DNA from: Candidatus Solincola quzhuomuensis
Lineage (GTDB): Bacteria > Actinomycetota > Geothermincolia > Geothermincolales > RBG-13-55-18
Assembly: GCA_015711855.1 (NCBI GenBank)
Contig: JACVJF010000001.1
Span: forward strand, 6,164-70,163
Direction: 5' to 3'
Length of the DNA: 64,000 bases
Numbering within the stretch: the first letter of the stretch is position 1; the number at the start of each line of letters is the position of its first letter. A program made the position numbers and the translations under genes. This document shows positions 50,704 through 60,287 of the stretch, one piece after another. The notes beneath the pieces are model-generated. The model had not been told where the DNA came from. It did no database searches and saw nothing but the letters and a program-made list of their open reading frames with translations.

Positions 50704-51228
50704 TCAGAGCCCCAGCTCCCTCAACTTTTCCAAATTCTCCTCCATGCCCGCCTCCAGAAGGGGAGGGCAATCCTCCACGCATCTCTCCCCTTCTACCAGC
50801 TGTGCAGCGAAGGCCATGCAGGAAGGCACTCCGCACTTCCCGCAGTTGGTGCGGGGAAGATAACGCAAAATGTCCAGGAGCTTGGGGGGAACCCGCGTGG
50901 TGTGGTCGGGCTCTATCTCCGCCCGTCGCTCCCAGATATCGTTTAACCGCTGCACGACCTTCCTGGCCGTTCTCTCGGCGTGGCCGCGGTCCTTGAGGTT
51001 GTTGATGCTGATCACGTTCTCGCGCAACGCGTACTTGTGAGCGCCTTCCCTCCAGACGATGGTCGGGACCTTGGAATCGTAGAAGGCGTTTTTCACTACG
51101 GCGTTGACGTAGGGCATGAGAGGTCCCAGATCGGCGTCCGTCTTCAACCGAGCCACCCAGATGGGCGACCCCGGGTCGCAGGGCGGCGAGAACATCTCCA
51201 ACTCGTAATGGTTTATGAACATGGACAT
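50704..51228 (-). CDS. uncharacterised Fe-S protein with C-terminal PF04060-like 4-Cys domain (paralogue 2)
   Basis: 'LPRTNCGKCGVPSCMAFAAQLVEGERCVEDCPPL'; N-domain 'LMPYVNAV'; paralogue of 40212..40820. Confidence 0.6.
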   Translation of the reverse strand: MSMFINHYELEMFSPPCDPGSPIWVARLKTDADLGPLMPYVNAVVKNAFYDSKVPTIVWREGAHKYALRENVISINNLKDRGHAERTARKVVQRLNDIWERRAEIEPDHTTRVPPKLLDILRYLPRTNCGKCGVPSCMAFAAQLVEGERCVEDCPPLLEAGMEENLEKLRELGL

Positions 51229-51266
51229 CCTTCTCCACTCCTAAAGCATCTGCTTGCGCTGCCGGC

Positions 51267-51485
51267 TCACCCCTCGCTCTTGCTCTTCCCGGTCACTATC
51301 TCTCCCTGGTTTGGTCGGTACGACTCCTCGAAGACCGGCACGCAGTGCGGAAGATCGGCCTCTTTGACCTTTTTCTCCAACACCTCCCGGATGAACTTCA
51401 AGGCTTCCTCGCGGTCGTCGTCGGCCAGGATGCGCTTTATCCAGATGAGCTCCTCCTCGCCGAGGGACACGGCTATCTTCTTCAT
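51267..51485 (-). CDS. small conserved hypothetical protein (72 aa), 'EELIWLKRI' family copy 1
   Basis: ATG overlaps stop of upstream arsR by 4 nt; paralogue of 53198..53398. Confidence 0.5.
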   Translation of the reverse strand: MKKIAVSLGEEELIWIKRILADDDREEALKFIREVLEKKVKEADLPHCVPVFEESYRPNQGEIVTGKSKSEG

Positions 51486-51895
51486 CCTCTTTTCCCTCCT
51501 CGCCCGTTCGCTTCGCTCCCCCGCTTCGCTCGTGCCGTTGGCGCCGGCGTGCAACACGCCGCATCCGGCCCTTCGCCAGGTTGGCCCCGATTGCCGAGGT
51601 AACGCAGAAATAATTCGGTGAGATTCCCGAGTCTCGCTTCCGCTACCGAATAATACGAGGACGTCCTCTCCTTCCTCGCTCTAAGAAAACCGGACTCTTT
51701 GAGCACGCTGAGGTGGTGTGAGGCCAATTGCTGCGAGATGCCGAGCTCCCTTTCCACCTCGCACACACAATGCTCTCCCCTGAGCAGCAGGCAGATTATG
51801 CGCAGACGGTTGGGGTCGGACAGGACCTTCAGTCCCTCCGCGAGTTCCACTATTCCTGGGTCCACAACGCACTTCAGAGTTTGCCCTTCGGCCAT
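51482..51895 (-). CDS. arsR: ArsR/SmtB family metalloregulator (second copy)
   Basis: 'RLRIICLLLRGEHCVCEVERELGISQQLASHHLSVLKESGF'; C-terminal tail with Cys pair. Confidence 0.8.
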   Translation of the reverse strand: MAEGQTLKCVVDPGIVELAEGLKVLSDPNRLRIICLLLRGEHCVCEVERELGISQQLASHHLSVLKESGFLRARKERTSSYYSVAEARLGNLTELFLRYLGNRGQPGEGPDAACCTPAPTARAKRGSEANGRGGKRG

Positions 51896-52329
51896 CTCTC
51901 CGACCTTTCACCAATTATTATTTGTACTAATTGCAATTTGTATTTTAACTAACCACGGCTCCTTGTCAATGACCAATACCATCATTGGAGGAGCGCCCCA
52001 TTTTTTCCTATCCGGATTGCCACCTCTTTGTCGGCCGGTTTGTCACGTTGCGTTACTGCCTGCCTTAGTCAAGACTCAAGACGCCGACCCCGTGATCCAG
52101 AGAAAGAGACAGCATCGAGACGCTTTCTGTGCCGGCTTCGTCCTCCATGCCTTGAGGTGGCGAGAAGCCCAGCGACACCGTTTACACGTTTAAGAAAGGC
52201 TCGGGCCTGGCTAGACCTCGCGGCGACACAACAACGGGAGTTGGGACAACCCAAAAAACCCGGCAACCGTACACTCCTGTTTGAATCCTGCGAAGGATAT
52301 GGTCGAGGGTTGCACGACATCACCCCAAA

Positions 52330-52430
52330 TTGGACCAACGTTGATCCCGCCGAAAAAAAACAATTGACATGATATGATTTTTTATAAAAATTATAAAAAT
52401 TCTTAATTCTTGCCAAATATTATCTCAGCA
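52330..52430. promoter_or_regulatory. AT-rich promoter-like island (TTGACA ... TATAAAAAT x2)
   Basis: 'caattgacatgatatgattttttataaaaattataaaaatt', GC far below window average, upstream of roadblock-like gene. Confidence 0.3.
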
Positions 52431-52488
52431 TAGGTTTCTTTGTCGATGGTAAAGCGAGAGGGAGGACGAAATGTAGGTTAGCGAGGAA

Positions 52489-52860
52489 ATGCAAAAGGTG
52501 ATCGATTCCCTTTCGGCGCTGCCGGGGTATATCTGCCATGGGCTGGTAAACTACCGCAAGGGGGTTTCCGCTTTGAACGAGGATTCCGATCCTCAAGACG
52601 AGGTGAACTACTTCCCTCAGCAGTGTTCGGCCATCATTCAGACCCTGGAAAAATCGCTGCAGAATCTGGAAGGAGGAAATCCCGACAAGCTGATGGTCGA
52701 ATCCTCCAAGATGACCATGATGATCTTTATAGTGAACGACACTTACTTCTGCGGTGTGGGGCTCAGCCCGGAACCCCCGCGGACGAAGCGGCTCGCCTCC
52801 TCGAGGAACTGCGGGAATCTTTCCGAAAGCAGCTTCCCGGATAAGGGGCAACGACCTTGA
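52489..52860 (+). CDS. roadblock/LC7 (MglB-like) domain protein (tentative)
   Basis: size and pattern 'LPGYICHGLVNYRKG...LMVESSKMTMMIFIVNDTYFCGV'. Confidence 0.4.
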   Translation: MQKVIDSLSALPGYICHGLVNYRKGVSALNEDSDPQDEVNYFPQQCSAIIQTLEKSLQNLEGGNPDKLMVESSKMTMMIFIVNDTYFCGVGLSPEPPRTKRLASSRNCGNLSESSFPDKGQRP

Positions 52861-53197
52861 AGCCGGTAGAAGGTTGAGTGCGCGAAGAGCCGCTTCAGAG
52901 GGAGATGGCCATTCGTATTTTTTTCTCCAGACCCTGGTGACTTTGTGACGACACATAATCCGGATAGCGCGCTGTGGCTTTTCCGGACTCGGTGTGCTAT
53001 GCTCCGTGCGCACATCGCCCCCCATTTTCGGCCAACAAGGGATGGGTGGAACAGGATCTATAAGGGCGGCGAAAATGCCCCTTCGTTTCGTCCGGCGGTT
53101 TATGGTTTTGAAATAAATCGAGGATGCTTTGCGCAACTTTTAGGATGCGCATGTTATCTTAGTAAAAGACCGCTCGAGCGGAGACCGGAGGTCCGGC

Positions 53198-53398
53198 GTG
53201 AGAAGGCTGTTGTTGAGCCTGGATGAGGACGAGCTGATCTGGCTGAAGCGGATCATCACCGACCAGGACAGAGACGAGGCCCTGGCGTTCGTCAACAAGA
53301 TACTCAAACCTCGCATGAAGGACGCGGAACGCCCCACGGGCCTGCAGAGGACCTTCGACTCGGGAGGTCCGCCAGGGCAGATAGGCGTGCCCCGCTGA
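53198..53398 (+). CDS. small conserved hypothetical protein (66 aa), 'EELIWLKRI' family copy 2
   Basis: 'SLDEDELIWLKRIITDQDRDEALAFVNKIL' vs copy 1 'SLGEEELIWIKRILADDDREEALKFIREVL'; 38 nt upstream of arsC. Confidence 0.5.
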   Translation: MRRLLLSLDEDELIWLKRIITDQDRDEALAFVNKILKPRMKDAERPTGLQRTFDSGGPPGQIGVPR

Positions 53399-53435
53399 TT
53401 TAAGGCATGGAGGGCGAGGGAGCGAGGGAGGACGC

Positions 53436-53837
53436 ATGGGCGGGAAGAAAGTTCTTTTCGTATGCGGCGAGAACGCCGCGCGTAGCCAGATGGCCGAGGC
53501 CTTCTTCAACAGCTTGGCCCGGAAATGGCGGGCGGAAAGCGCGGGAACCTTCCCGGCGGAAAAGGTGAACCCTTTGGCCGTGCAGGCCATGCAGGAGACC
53601 GGCCTGGACATTTCCTCCGCCACCCCCAAAGTCCTCGACCTGGGGCGTCTGGGCGATTTCGACCGCATCATCTCCTTCGGCTGCATCGCCAAAGCCGCCT
53701 TCCCCGCGCGGGACCGCCTGGAGGAATGGGCCCTTCCGGACCCCGGCAAGGGTGACATGGAGCTCATGCGAAGCGTAAGGGATGAGATAAGGAGGCTTGT
53801 CGGTTCCTTGGTCAAGGAGCTTGAGGGCGGCGACTGA
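53436..53837 (+). CDS. arsC: arsenate reductase, LMW-PTP family (thioredoxin-coupled)
   Basis: 'KVLFVCGENAARSQMAEAFF' CX5R P-loop plus downstream Cys. Confidence 0.85.
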   Translation: MGGKKVLFVCGENAARSQMAEAFFNSLARKWRAESAGTFPAEKVNPLAVQAMQETGLDISSATPKVLDLGRLGDFDRIISFGCIAKAAFPARDRLEEWALPDPGKGDMELMRSVRDEIRRLVGSLVKELEGGD

Positions 53838-54083
53838 CCGTTTGGACGCCCATCCTGTTGAAAACATGCCCCGTTCGCCCTTTCCTAGGCTTCAGGTACA
53901 AGCAGCTTCTTACCATCCTCCATATATACGGCCATCCAGCAGCCAATGGAGGTTCCCTTCGAGGTACACACCCAACAAGCCCGCCGCAAAGGAACCTGGT
54001 CACGAGCAAAAAGGGCAGGAAACGGAGTCGAGCGAACCCAGGCCTCCCCTGGGTCACACGCGGGTTTCCGGTTATTCGGCCGC

Positions 54084-54623
54084 TTACCCTTGGCGTTGTA
54101 GTCGCAAGACGTAGAATCCGATGATGAAGTTCATCGTCGACCTGGCCAGAAGAAATATACCGACCACCACCATGAACGCGTAGACCGTCTCCGCGGTCAA
54201 GGCCAGCATGGCGACGCCGAAAGCAAGGCTGATCGAGCCGAACGCGGCCAGGAAGCCCCTCCCGCTGAGCGGGGGTAGGTCGAGGGCCAAGGCGATCTCA
54301 ACGATACCCACGAAGATCGCCCATATCCCCACCAGAGCCGCCGCAAAGGCCAGGGTGAACTCCGTGTGGCGGACGAGCACCGTGCCGAGCAGCAGTCCCG
54401 CCACCCCCCAAACCAGCGTCCAGCCCCAGGGGATCCGGTTCGCGGCCAGGACCAAGGAGCGGATCAGGTTCACAACGCCATCCACGAGGAGGAAAATGCC
54501 GGCGATGACGATGAAGGTCTTGAGTGTGGCTCCCGGATAGGCGAGGAAGAGGACCCCCATGGCGAGGGCCAGGATACCCCTTAACACATATGTCCACCCG
54601 CTGCGGAGCACGATTCCTGCTTC
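54084..54623 (-). CDS. HdeD/DUF308 family membrane protein
   Basis: repeated TM pairs with 'GILALAMGVLFLAYPG' pattern; start at internal ATG (MEAGIV). Confidence 0.55.
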   Translation of the reverse strand, partial: EAGIVLRSGWTYVLRGILALAMGVLFLAYPGATLKTFIVIAGIFLLVDGVVNLIRSLVLAANRIPWGWTLVWGVAGLLLGTVLVRHTEFTLAFAAALVGIWAIFVGIVEIALALDLPPLSGRGFLAAFGSISLAFGVAMLALTAETVYAFMVVVGIFLLARSTMNFIIGFYVLRLQRQG

Positions 54624-55103
54624 CATAAGCCCTCCCCTTCTCCGTTGCTCATCGCCTTTCCTTGTCTCGGGCCGCCTCCCGCCTTCCAAAGGGGACCTCC
54701 TCTTTTTCGCCTCTGCCCCGGAGTTCTTTTTGCGGTTGCAAGCCTTAACCATTATATTCATCATACTCCTTATGCCTTTTCCTTTTCTTTCCCGTGGCCG
54801 GTTGGTTTTCCTCCGAAGCCGGCCCTTCTCCCGGGCAACACCACCCCTAGCCCCTCTCGTCTTCTCCTTGCCGCTTGTCAATGCAAGTATGTGCTTTGGC
54901 GATCAGGACGAAGTTCTCAAGCCCATCCCACGTCGACCTGTTCCCCGAATCCCTGGACCGTTAACGGATAGGCCAAAGACCGGAGCCGTCGAAGGGAAGC
55001 CTTTCGGATATAAATAGCCGGCGCACGAGCGGACCGCTTACGGCCAATCCGCCCGTGCGCCGCCTTTAATCTCCGCCGCCCTCGACGATTCAGCCCGTGG
55101 GCT

Positions 55104-56987
55104 TTAATCCTTGCCGCTGAGGTTTTCCTCCACGAAGTCGATGAGGGGCTCTATGACCTCGTTGGGGCGGCGGGAAGGCGCGTTGGCGCAAGCGGTGAGC
55201 ACGTCCATATGATTGTACCCCTTGATTAGCTTCCTCTCCCCCGGCACGGGAAAGAACATGAAGGTGCCCCCGCTCAGCACCCCCTGTTCGGCGATGAACT
55301 CTATCTTGGGCAACTCCGCGACGCGGTCCCCGTGTAGGAAGTTTATCCCGTATTCCCGAGCAAAGGGGAAGAGTGCCGCCACGATGTCCACCACCTGGCG
55401 GGTGGAGAAATACCACTCGGTCAAGTTCAGCGGCCCTTTGAATATCACCCTGGCCACGTCGTGGATGTCGCTGACCTCGTTCTCTGCAGTGGTATAAGTG
55501 ATTTTGCCCTCCGTGTCCTGGAAATTGGGATCCGATGCGTCGCCCACCTCGTCGAAGTTCACCCACCGGTATAGGGGGCCTTGCCTTAGGTGCAGGGCGT
55601 CCGGTCCCGCGTCGTTGGCGATGTAATATGGGCCCTGGCCCAGCATCCCACCCACCAGCTCGCCGATCACGGGAATGCCCCGGATGAGCTCCGAGGCGGG
55701 GAACTCCTTCTTCACCACCGTGCCCCCGCCCAGGAATCCCATGCTGTTCTGGATCATCCCCACGGGGGCTAAGGAATCGTCGAAGACCACGCCCAGCATG
55801 GCCTCGTTGGTATAGCGGAAATCGGTTATCTGCGGCACCCCGTCCATGAAGGTCTTAAGGTCTCGCGAGTGCATGAAACGCAGTAGCATCTGTGCGGACC
55901 CGGAGAAGGGCACTTCCCGCATCACGGTGCACTCCTCATCGGGTGCGTAATAGGCCATCATCCCCACCGCCTCCAGCAGGGCCATGGCCTCGGCGTCGAT
56001 CATGGGAAAGGGTAGGATGCGATTGGAGTTGGGGTCGACGCGCAGCTGACGAACCAGCGCTGCGTAATTGTCGGCAGTGATGTCCCGCAACATGTCCTGG
56101 AGACCTTGAGGCAGCTGTCTGATGACGGGCTCCACTATTTCGCTCACCGGCGTCACCGTGGTATCCAGCCCGAATATGCCCGCACAATTGGCGAACCCCG
56201 CGTCCTCCAGGGTCTCCGGGTCGCCGTCCAGGTCCCACCCGGCGAACATGGAGGTCATTATTCCGCCCAGGGAATGACCCCCTACGAAGACCTTTTCCCG
56301 GCGCACCTCCGGGTCCGGCACCATGGTCATGATGACCTTGAAGACGTCCTCGGTGGCCAGCTTGAGGCCGAACTCGGAGAGGAAGGGCACGTCGGGATCG
56401 CGGAGCCAACCCCGGAAGGTCCGGCCGTTGACCTCCTTTCCGAGATAGTAATAATCTATGGCCTCGCGGGCGGCCTGCTCCACGGTCATCCTGCCCGCCT
56501 CCACTTCTCCCTCCAAGTAGTTGGCCACCGAGAGGTCCTCCAAGGTGTTGGGCCTCCTCTCCACAGCCCATACCTCCAGGTTCAACCCCCGGAATCGCTT
56601 GGCGATATACACGAGCTGTCGCCCCAGGTATTCGAAGCCGTTGGCCCCTTCCAGTATCCCCGGGAGCATGACCAGCATGGCGTCGGTGGTCTCCGGATTC
56701 ACTATCTCGGGATCGCTCGCGCCCAGTGTCGATCCGTCGGCGGGCCTGAAGCGCAGAAAATGTATGTAGTCGCACTCCGGTGGCGGCTCGCCATTGTCCC
56801 GCGGCGCAGGGGAGTAGACCGTCTGCTCCTCCACCACCACCGCGGCGTCCACGTCCGCCTCGCTCCAGGACCTACCCGCAGGCGGATGAGGATACTCCGG
56901 CAAAGGCCCACCCGGTCGATAACATCCAGGCCAAACGAGGAGAACGGCGAAGGAGAGAGCGAAGGCAGCTTTGAGATATCTTTTCAT
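55104..56987 (-). CDS. secreted alpha/beta-hydrolase (lipase/esterase-like), large
   Basis: signal peptide 'MKRYLKAAFALSFAVLLV', nucleophile elbow 'GGHSLGG'. Confidence 0.6.
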   Translation of the reverse strand: MKRYLKAAFALSFAVLLVWPGCYRPGGPLPEYPHPPAGRSWSEADVDAAVVVEEQTVYSPAPRDNGEPPPECDYIHFLRFRPADGSTLGASDPEIVNPETTDAMLVMLPGILEGANGFEYLGRQLVYIAKRFRGLNLEVWAVERRPNTLEDLSVANYLEGEVEAGRMTVEQAAREAIDYYYLGKEVNGRTFRGWLRDPDVPFLSEFGLKLATEDVFKVIMTMVPDPEVRREKVFVGGHSLGGIMTSMFAGWDLDGDPETLEDAGFANCAGIFGLDTTVTPVSEIVEPVIRQLPQGLQDMLRDITADNYAALVRQLRVDPNSNRILPFPMIDAEAMALLEAVGMMAYYAPDEECTVMREVPFSGSAQMLLRFMHSRDLKTFMDGVPQITDFRYTNEAMLGVVFDDSLAPVGMIQNSMGFLGGGTVVKKEFPASELIRGIPVIGELVGGMLGQGPYYIANDAGPDALHLRQGPLYRWVNFDEVGDASDPNFQDTEGKITYTTAENEVSDIHDVARVIFKGPLNLTEWYFSTRQVVDIVAALFPFAREYGINFLHGDRVAELPKIEFIAEQGVLSGGTFMFFPVPGERKLIKGYNHMDVLTACANAPSRRPNEVIEPLIDFVEENLSGKD

Positions 56988-57430
56988 CGTCACCCCCTTG
57001 GTAATCCCCCCGAACGGCAATTCCCGCTGGGCTACTCCTTCGGACATGCGGCTGGGAATTCATGAACAGGATAGCACCTCAACCCCCGTCTATCCATCGA
57101 TCTCCATAATAATGTCATTCGTGCCATCTGTCAAACATGCATCCACATTTTCGCCATGAAACCTAAGGATCTGCTCGTAGAGCCGAGGCTCGATAGAGGT
57201 GCGGCGACCGAGCAGAAAAAATCCTTTTTATGCCTATATAAGGCAAGGCGATGGTGGTATGCGAAAGAGATAGGCGTTCCAAAAGAGAGTGCGCGTTGCC
57301 AATCGACGGTTGAAGTAATATTATGAATATAAAGGTCTTATAGGTTTGTGAGGCAGATCGTTCGGAGGTCCAAGCCTTTCGGCCTGGGCCTCCTGTCACT
57401 TTAGGAACGGGAAAAGAAAGGAGATGCCAA

Positions 57431-57859
57431 ATGAAGGTCGGCCCCTTCAAGACGGTGGTGCTTCACTACCAACTCTATGATGAGGAGGGCGTGCTCCTCG
57501 ACTCCTCACCCGAGGGACACCCTTTCAGCTTCGTCTTTGGCGAGGGAAGCATCATACCGGGGCTGGAAAGGGAGCTGGAAGGCATGGAGCCCGGCGAGAA
57601 CAAGGAAATCGTGGTGCAGCCGGAGGACGCCTACGGTCCGAAGAATCCCAACCTCATCCAGAGAGTCCCTCGGGAAATGTTCTCCGGCGGGGCCGAGCTC
57701 GAGGTGGGCATGTCCTACACGGGACGTACGGACGCGGGAAACGTGGTCAATTTCACCGTCACCGACATGGACGAGGAGAACGTGGAAATCGACCTCAACC
57801 ATCCCCTGGCGGGCAAGGTCTTGCGCTTCAAGGTAACCATCGAGGACGTGCTCGACTAG
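57431..57859 (+). CDS. FKBP-type peptidyl-prolyl cis-trans isomerase (SlyD-like)
   Basis: 'VVLHYQLYDEEG...FSFVFGEGSIIPGLERELEGM' FKBP fold with IF-type insertion. Confidence 0.8.
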   Translation: MKVGPFKTVVLHYQLYDEEGVLLDSSPEGHPFSFVFGEGSIIPGLERELEGMEPGENKEIVVQPEDAYGPKNPNLIQRVPREMFSGGAELEVGMSYTGRTDAGNVVNFTVTDMDEENVEIDLNHPLAGKVLRFKVTIEDVLD

Positions 57860-58145
57860 CGGCGTCCCACGCTCGGAACGCGGTCGGCCGGGAACGAAAT
57901 GTCGCGGCCTATGCGAGGAGAGGAAGGAAATTAATGGGAGAGAAGGTTCCGGTCGGCCCCGGAGAGAGGAGCCTGTCCCCGGATCGGGCAGCCGAAGGTC
58001 CCCGGCACGGACGTGCTAAGGATCCCCGGCTGGAGGCCCTGATATCGGATTGGAAAAGGGGAGAGAGGGACCGCTGGCGAGGGCACGGAAAATCCACGGG
58101 CAAACGCAAGCGCTGACTCCTTAACAATGCAAAACGGACATGCGC

Positions 58146-59435
58146 TCACGAGGACTGCCGCTCCTCCGGGGTTAGGCCCTGCCGCTCCTCCAGCCCCAAC
58201 AACGGCAGCAGCTTGCTCTTTCCGATGGCCTTCCAGTGATACTCGCGGAAGACGTGCTTGAAATGCTGATAGGTGGCGTGGGAGGACAGGAATTCGTGGA
58301 TCCTTCCGGCAACGGCCCGTGGGTCTTCATCCAATTCCACCACAATGGCGTTCCCTGTTTCGCCCAGCACTTCCCGCAAAGTGGGTATGTTGGTGCACAC
58401 GACGGGCATGCGCAGGAGGCCGGCCTCCAGAAGCGGCAGGCCGAAGCCTTCCGTATGGCTGGTTAGGAGCAACACGTCGGCCAGTGAGTATATGTCTCGG
58501 GTCGATTTCCAATCGGCGACGGTCGTGGTGCCGTCCGCCATGCGGTGCTCTCCCAGAAAGAGCACGTGCTCATCCATCTCCAGGTCCCTCACCAGCGCCT
58601 TCAGGCGCTCGAAATAACTCCCGGCTTCCGAATTGTGCGGATCGAGGTAACCGGTGATGATGAGGAGGAGGTTAGGATAATAGTAACGGAGGGCTCGGCA
58701 TATTCTTACGGACATTTCCAGATTTTTCCTCGGGGTGATGCGCACCGGAGATATGACGTTCAGGTCCCTCTCATAAAGGGAGAATTCCTCAATCAGCGCC
58801 GCCGCCTGGGGGGCCAGGGAAAGAAAATGAGAAAGGTCGATGCCGTTTCTCACAACCTCTATTTCCTCTTCCGGTAGGCTTAGGAGTCGGGAGAACTGAG
58901 AGCGCCGGTGCTCGGTGATGGTCACGTACCGGACCCCGGGAACCGGGGTGGTGATAAGCTCGTAAAGTGGTTCGTCGCGGGGTAGGCAGTAGGAGGGGTC
59001 GAAATAGGGAGAGTCGTGGCACCAGGCGATGGCCTTGAGGGAACCTTTTTCCAGGAGCATGCGTAAAGCGGCGGTGGCCACGAGATTGAAGGGCATGGTC
59101 AGCATGTTGTGCACGATAACCGCCTGGAAATCCGCCATGGCCTCTTTCAGCTTCTCGCGCAGGGCTTCGGCCGCCTTTGGGATCTCCTCTACGGAGATGC
59201 CTCGAAACGCCGGGAAATTGGAGGAGAGCTCCGGTATGAGCAATACCTCGACTTCCGGAGCGAAATCCCCTCCCGTGCCGGCGACGACCCGCACCCGTAG
59301 CCCGTGATCGGCCAGAAAACAAGCCTGATTGCGCAGGATGGTCTCCACGCCGCCTACCACCGGCGGGGCGCTGTAGTGGACAATGGCCACGCCAGGGCGA
59401 CGACCACCGCGAAAATCATGCGCTCTTGGCTCCAT
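58146..59435 (-). CDS. glycosyltransferase family 4
   Basis: GT-B C-terminal motif 'LLTSHTEGFGLPLLEAGLLRMPVVCT'. Confidence 0.75.
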   Translation of the reverse strand: MEPRAHDFRGGRRPGVAIVHYSAPPVVGGVETILRNQACFLADHGLRVRVVAGTGGDFAPEVEVLLIPELSSNFPAFRGISVEEIPKAAEALREKLKEAMADFQAVIVHNMLTMPFNLVATAALRMLLEKGSLKAIAWCHDSPYFDPSYCLPRDEPLYELITTPVPGVRYVTITEHRRSQFSRLLSLPEEEIEVVRNGIDLSHFLSLAPQAAALIEEFSLYERDLNVISPVRITPRKNLEMSVRICRALRYYYPNLLLIITGYLDPHNSEAGSYFERLKALVRDLEMDEHVLFLGEHRMADGTTTVADWKSTRDIYSLADVLLLTSHTEGFGLPLLEAGLLRMPVVCTNIPTLREVLGETGNAIVVELDEDPRAVAGRIHEFLSSHATYQHFKHVFREYHWKAIGKSKLLPLLGLEERQGLTPEERQSS

Positions 59436-59563
59436 GAGTCCATTATATAGGTGGGCCTCCGATCATTCCGAGTGCTCGTGGTCCGCAGGCCACTCTGCAA
59501 TATCGGTCGACCCATAAACAGAAAGCCAGGCCGGGCCCCTCGCCTTCAGCCTGGTTTCTTTAC

Positions 59564-59640
59564 TGGCACGCCCGGAGGGAGTCGAACCCCCAACCTACGG
59601 ATCCGTAGTCCGTCGCTCTATCCAGTTGAGCTACGGGCGC
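59564..59640 (-). tRNA. tRNA-Arg (anticodon ACG), CCA encoded
   Basis: hand-folded: acceptor GCGCCCG, D-arm GCTCAACTGGATAGAGC, anticodon loop CUACGGA, T-loop TTCGACT. Confidence 0.8.
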
Positions 59641-59991
59641 ACGCTTTACACTCGTCTTTCTGGTCAAACGACGATATATATTTTACCTTCTTCCCGCCTC
59701 CAAGCCAATACACCCGGCATACTCCACCACCCGTTGTGCCATGATCCCCAGATCGAACACTGAGATCACCCCGTTCTTCCTTTCCGACCCGGTTGTCTCG
59801 TCAGGATGATGGGGTGGTCTCTCGATCTTTTTAAACCACAAAGCGCCACTGGATCGATGCGGCATCGCCGCCTCGTGCCCTCCGAAGTTCGCAAAGGCCT
59901 CCTCTTTCTCAACCCGGCGTGCCGCGGCGACCTTGAAGGTTATGACGTGTCTGCAGCTACCCGCTACAGGGGATGCCGGATTGCCTTGTGG

Positions 59992-60222
59992 CTACAGACC
60001 GAGCTCGCTTTCGCCGAGCTGGGAATCGGAGAAGTCTTCCGGACTCACCGATTCCATGGTCCGGTCGAGTTCTTGGAGCAGGGAATCCATGTCCGAACGG
60101 TCCTCTACCTCTATCTGCATCTCCCGGTTACCCGACGGCATAGGAACCTCCCCGCCCTCCTCCTTTCCGCAGGATGAGGCCGCGAGAGAAGAGCTCAGCA
60201 GAATGAGGGTCACCAGACCCAT
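59992..60222 (-). CDS. small putative lipoprotein, acidic
   Basis: signal 'MGLVTLILLSSSLAASSCG' with lipobox-like ASSC. Confidence 0.4.
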   Translation of the reverse strand: MGLVTLILLSSSLAASSCGKEEGGEVPMPSGNREMQIEVEDRSDMDSLLQELDRTMESVSPEDFSDSQLGESELGL

Positions 60223-60287
60223 GCCCGCGGACCTCTTAAGCTTTCCGCCAATCACTTCGCACCCCCTTCAAATCGACTTTTCGCCGG

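Noticed and set aside
57934-58116. 60-aa basic ORF
   Set aside because: Arg/Gly-rich, no SD, lies in intergenic GC-rich DNA between slyD-like gene and the GT4 gene.
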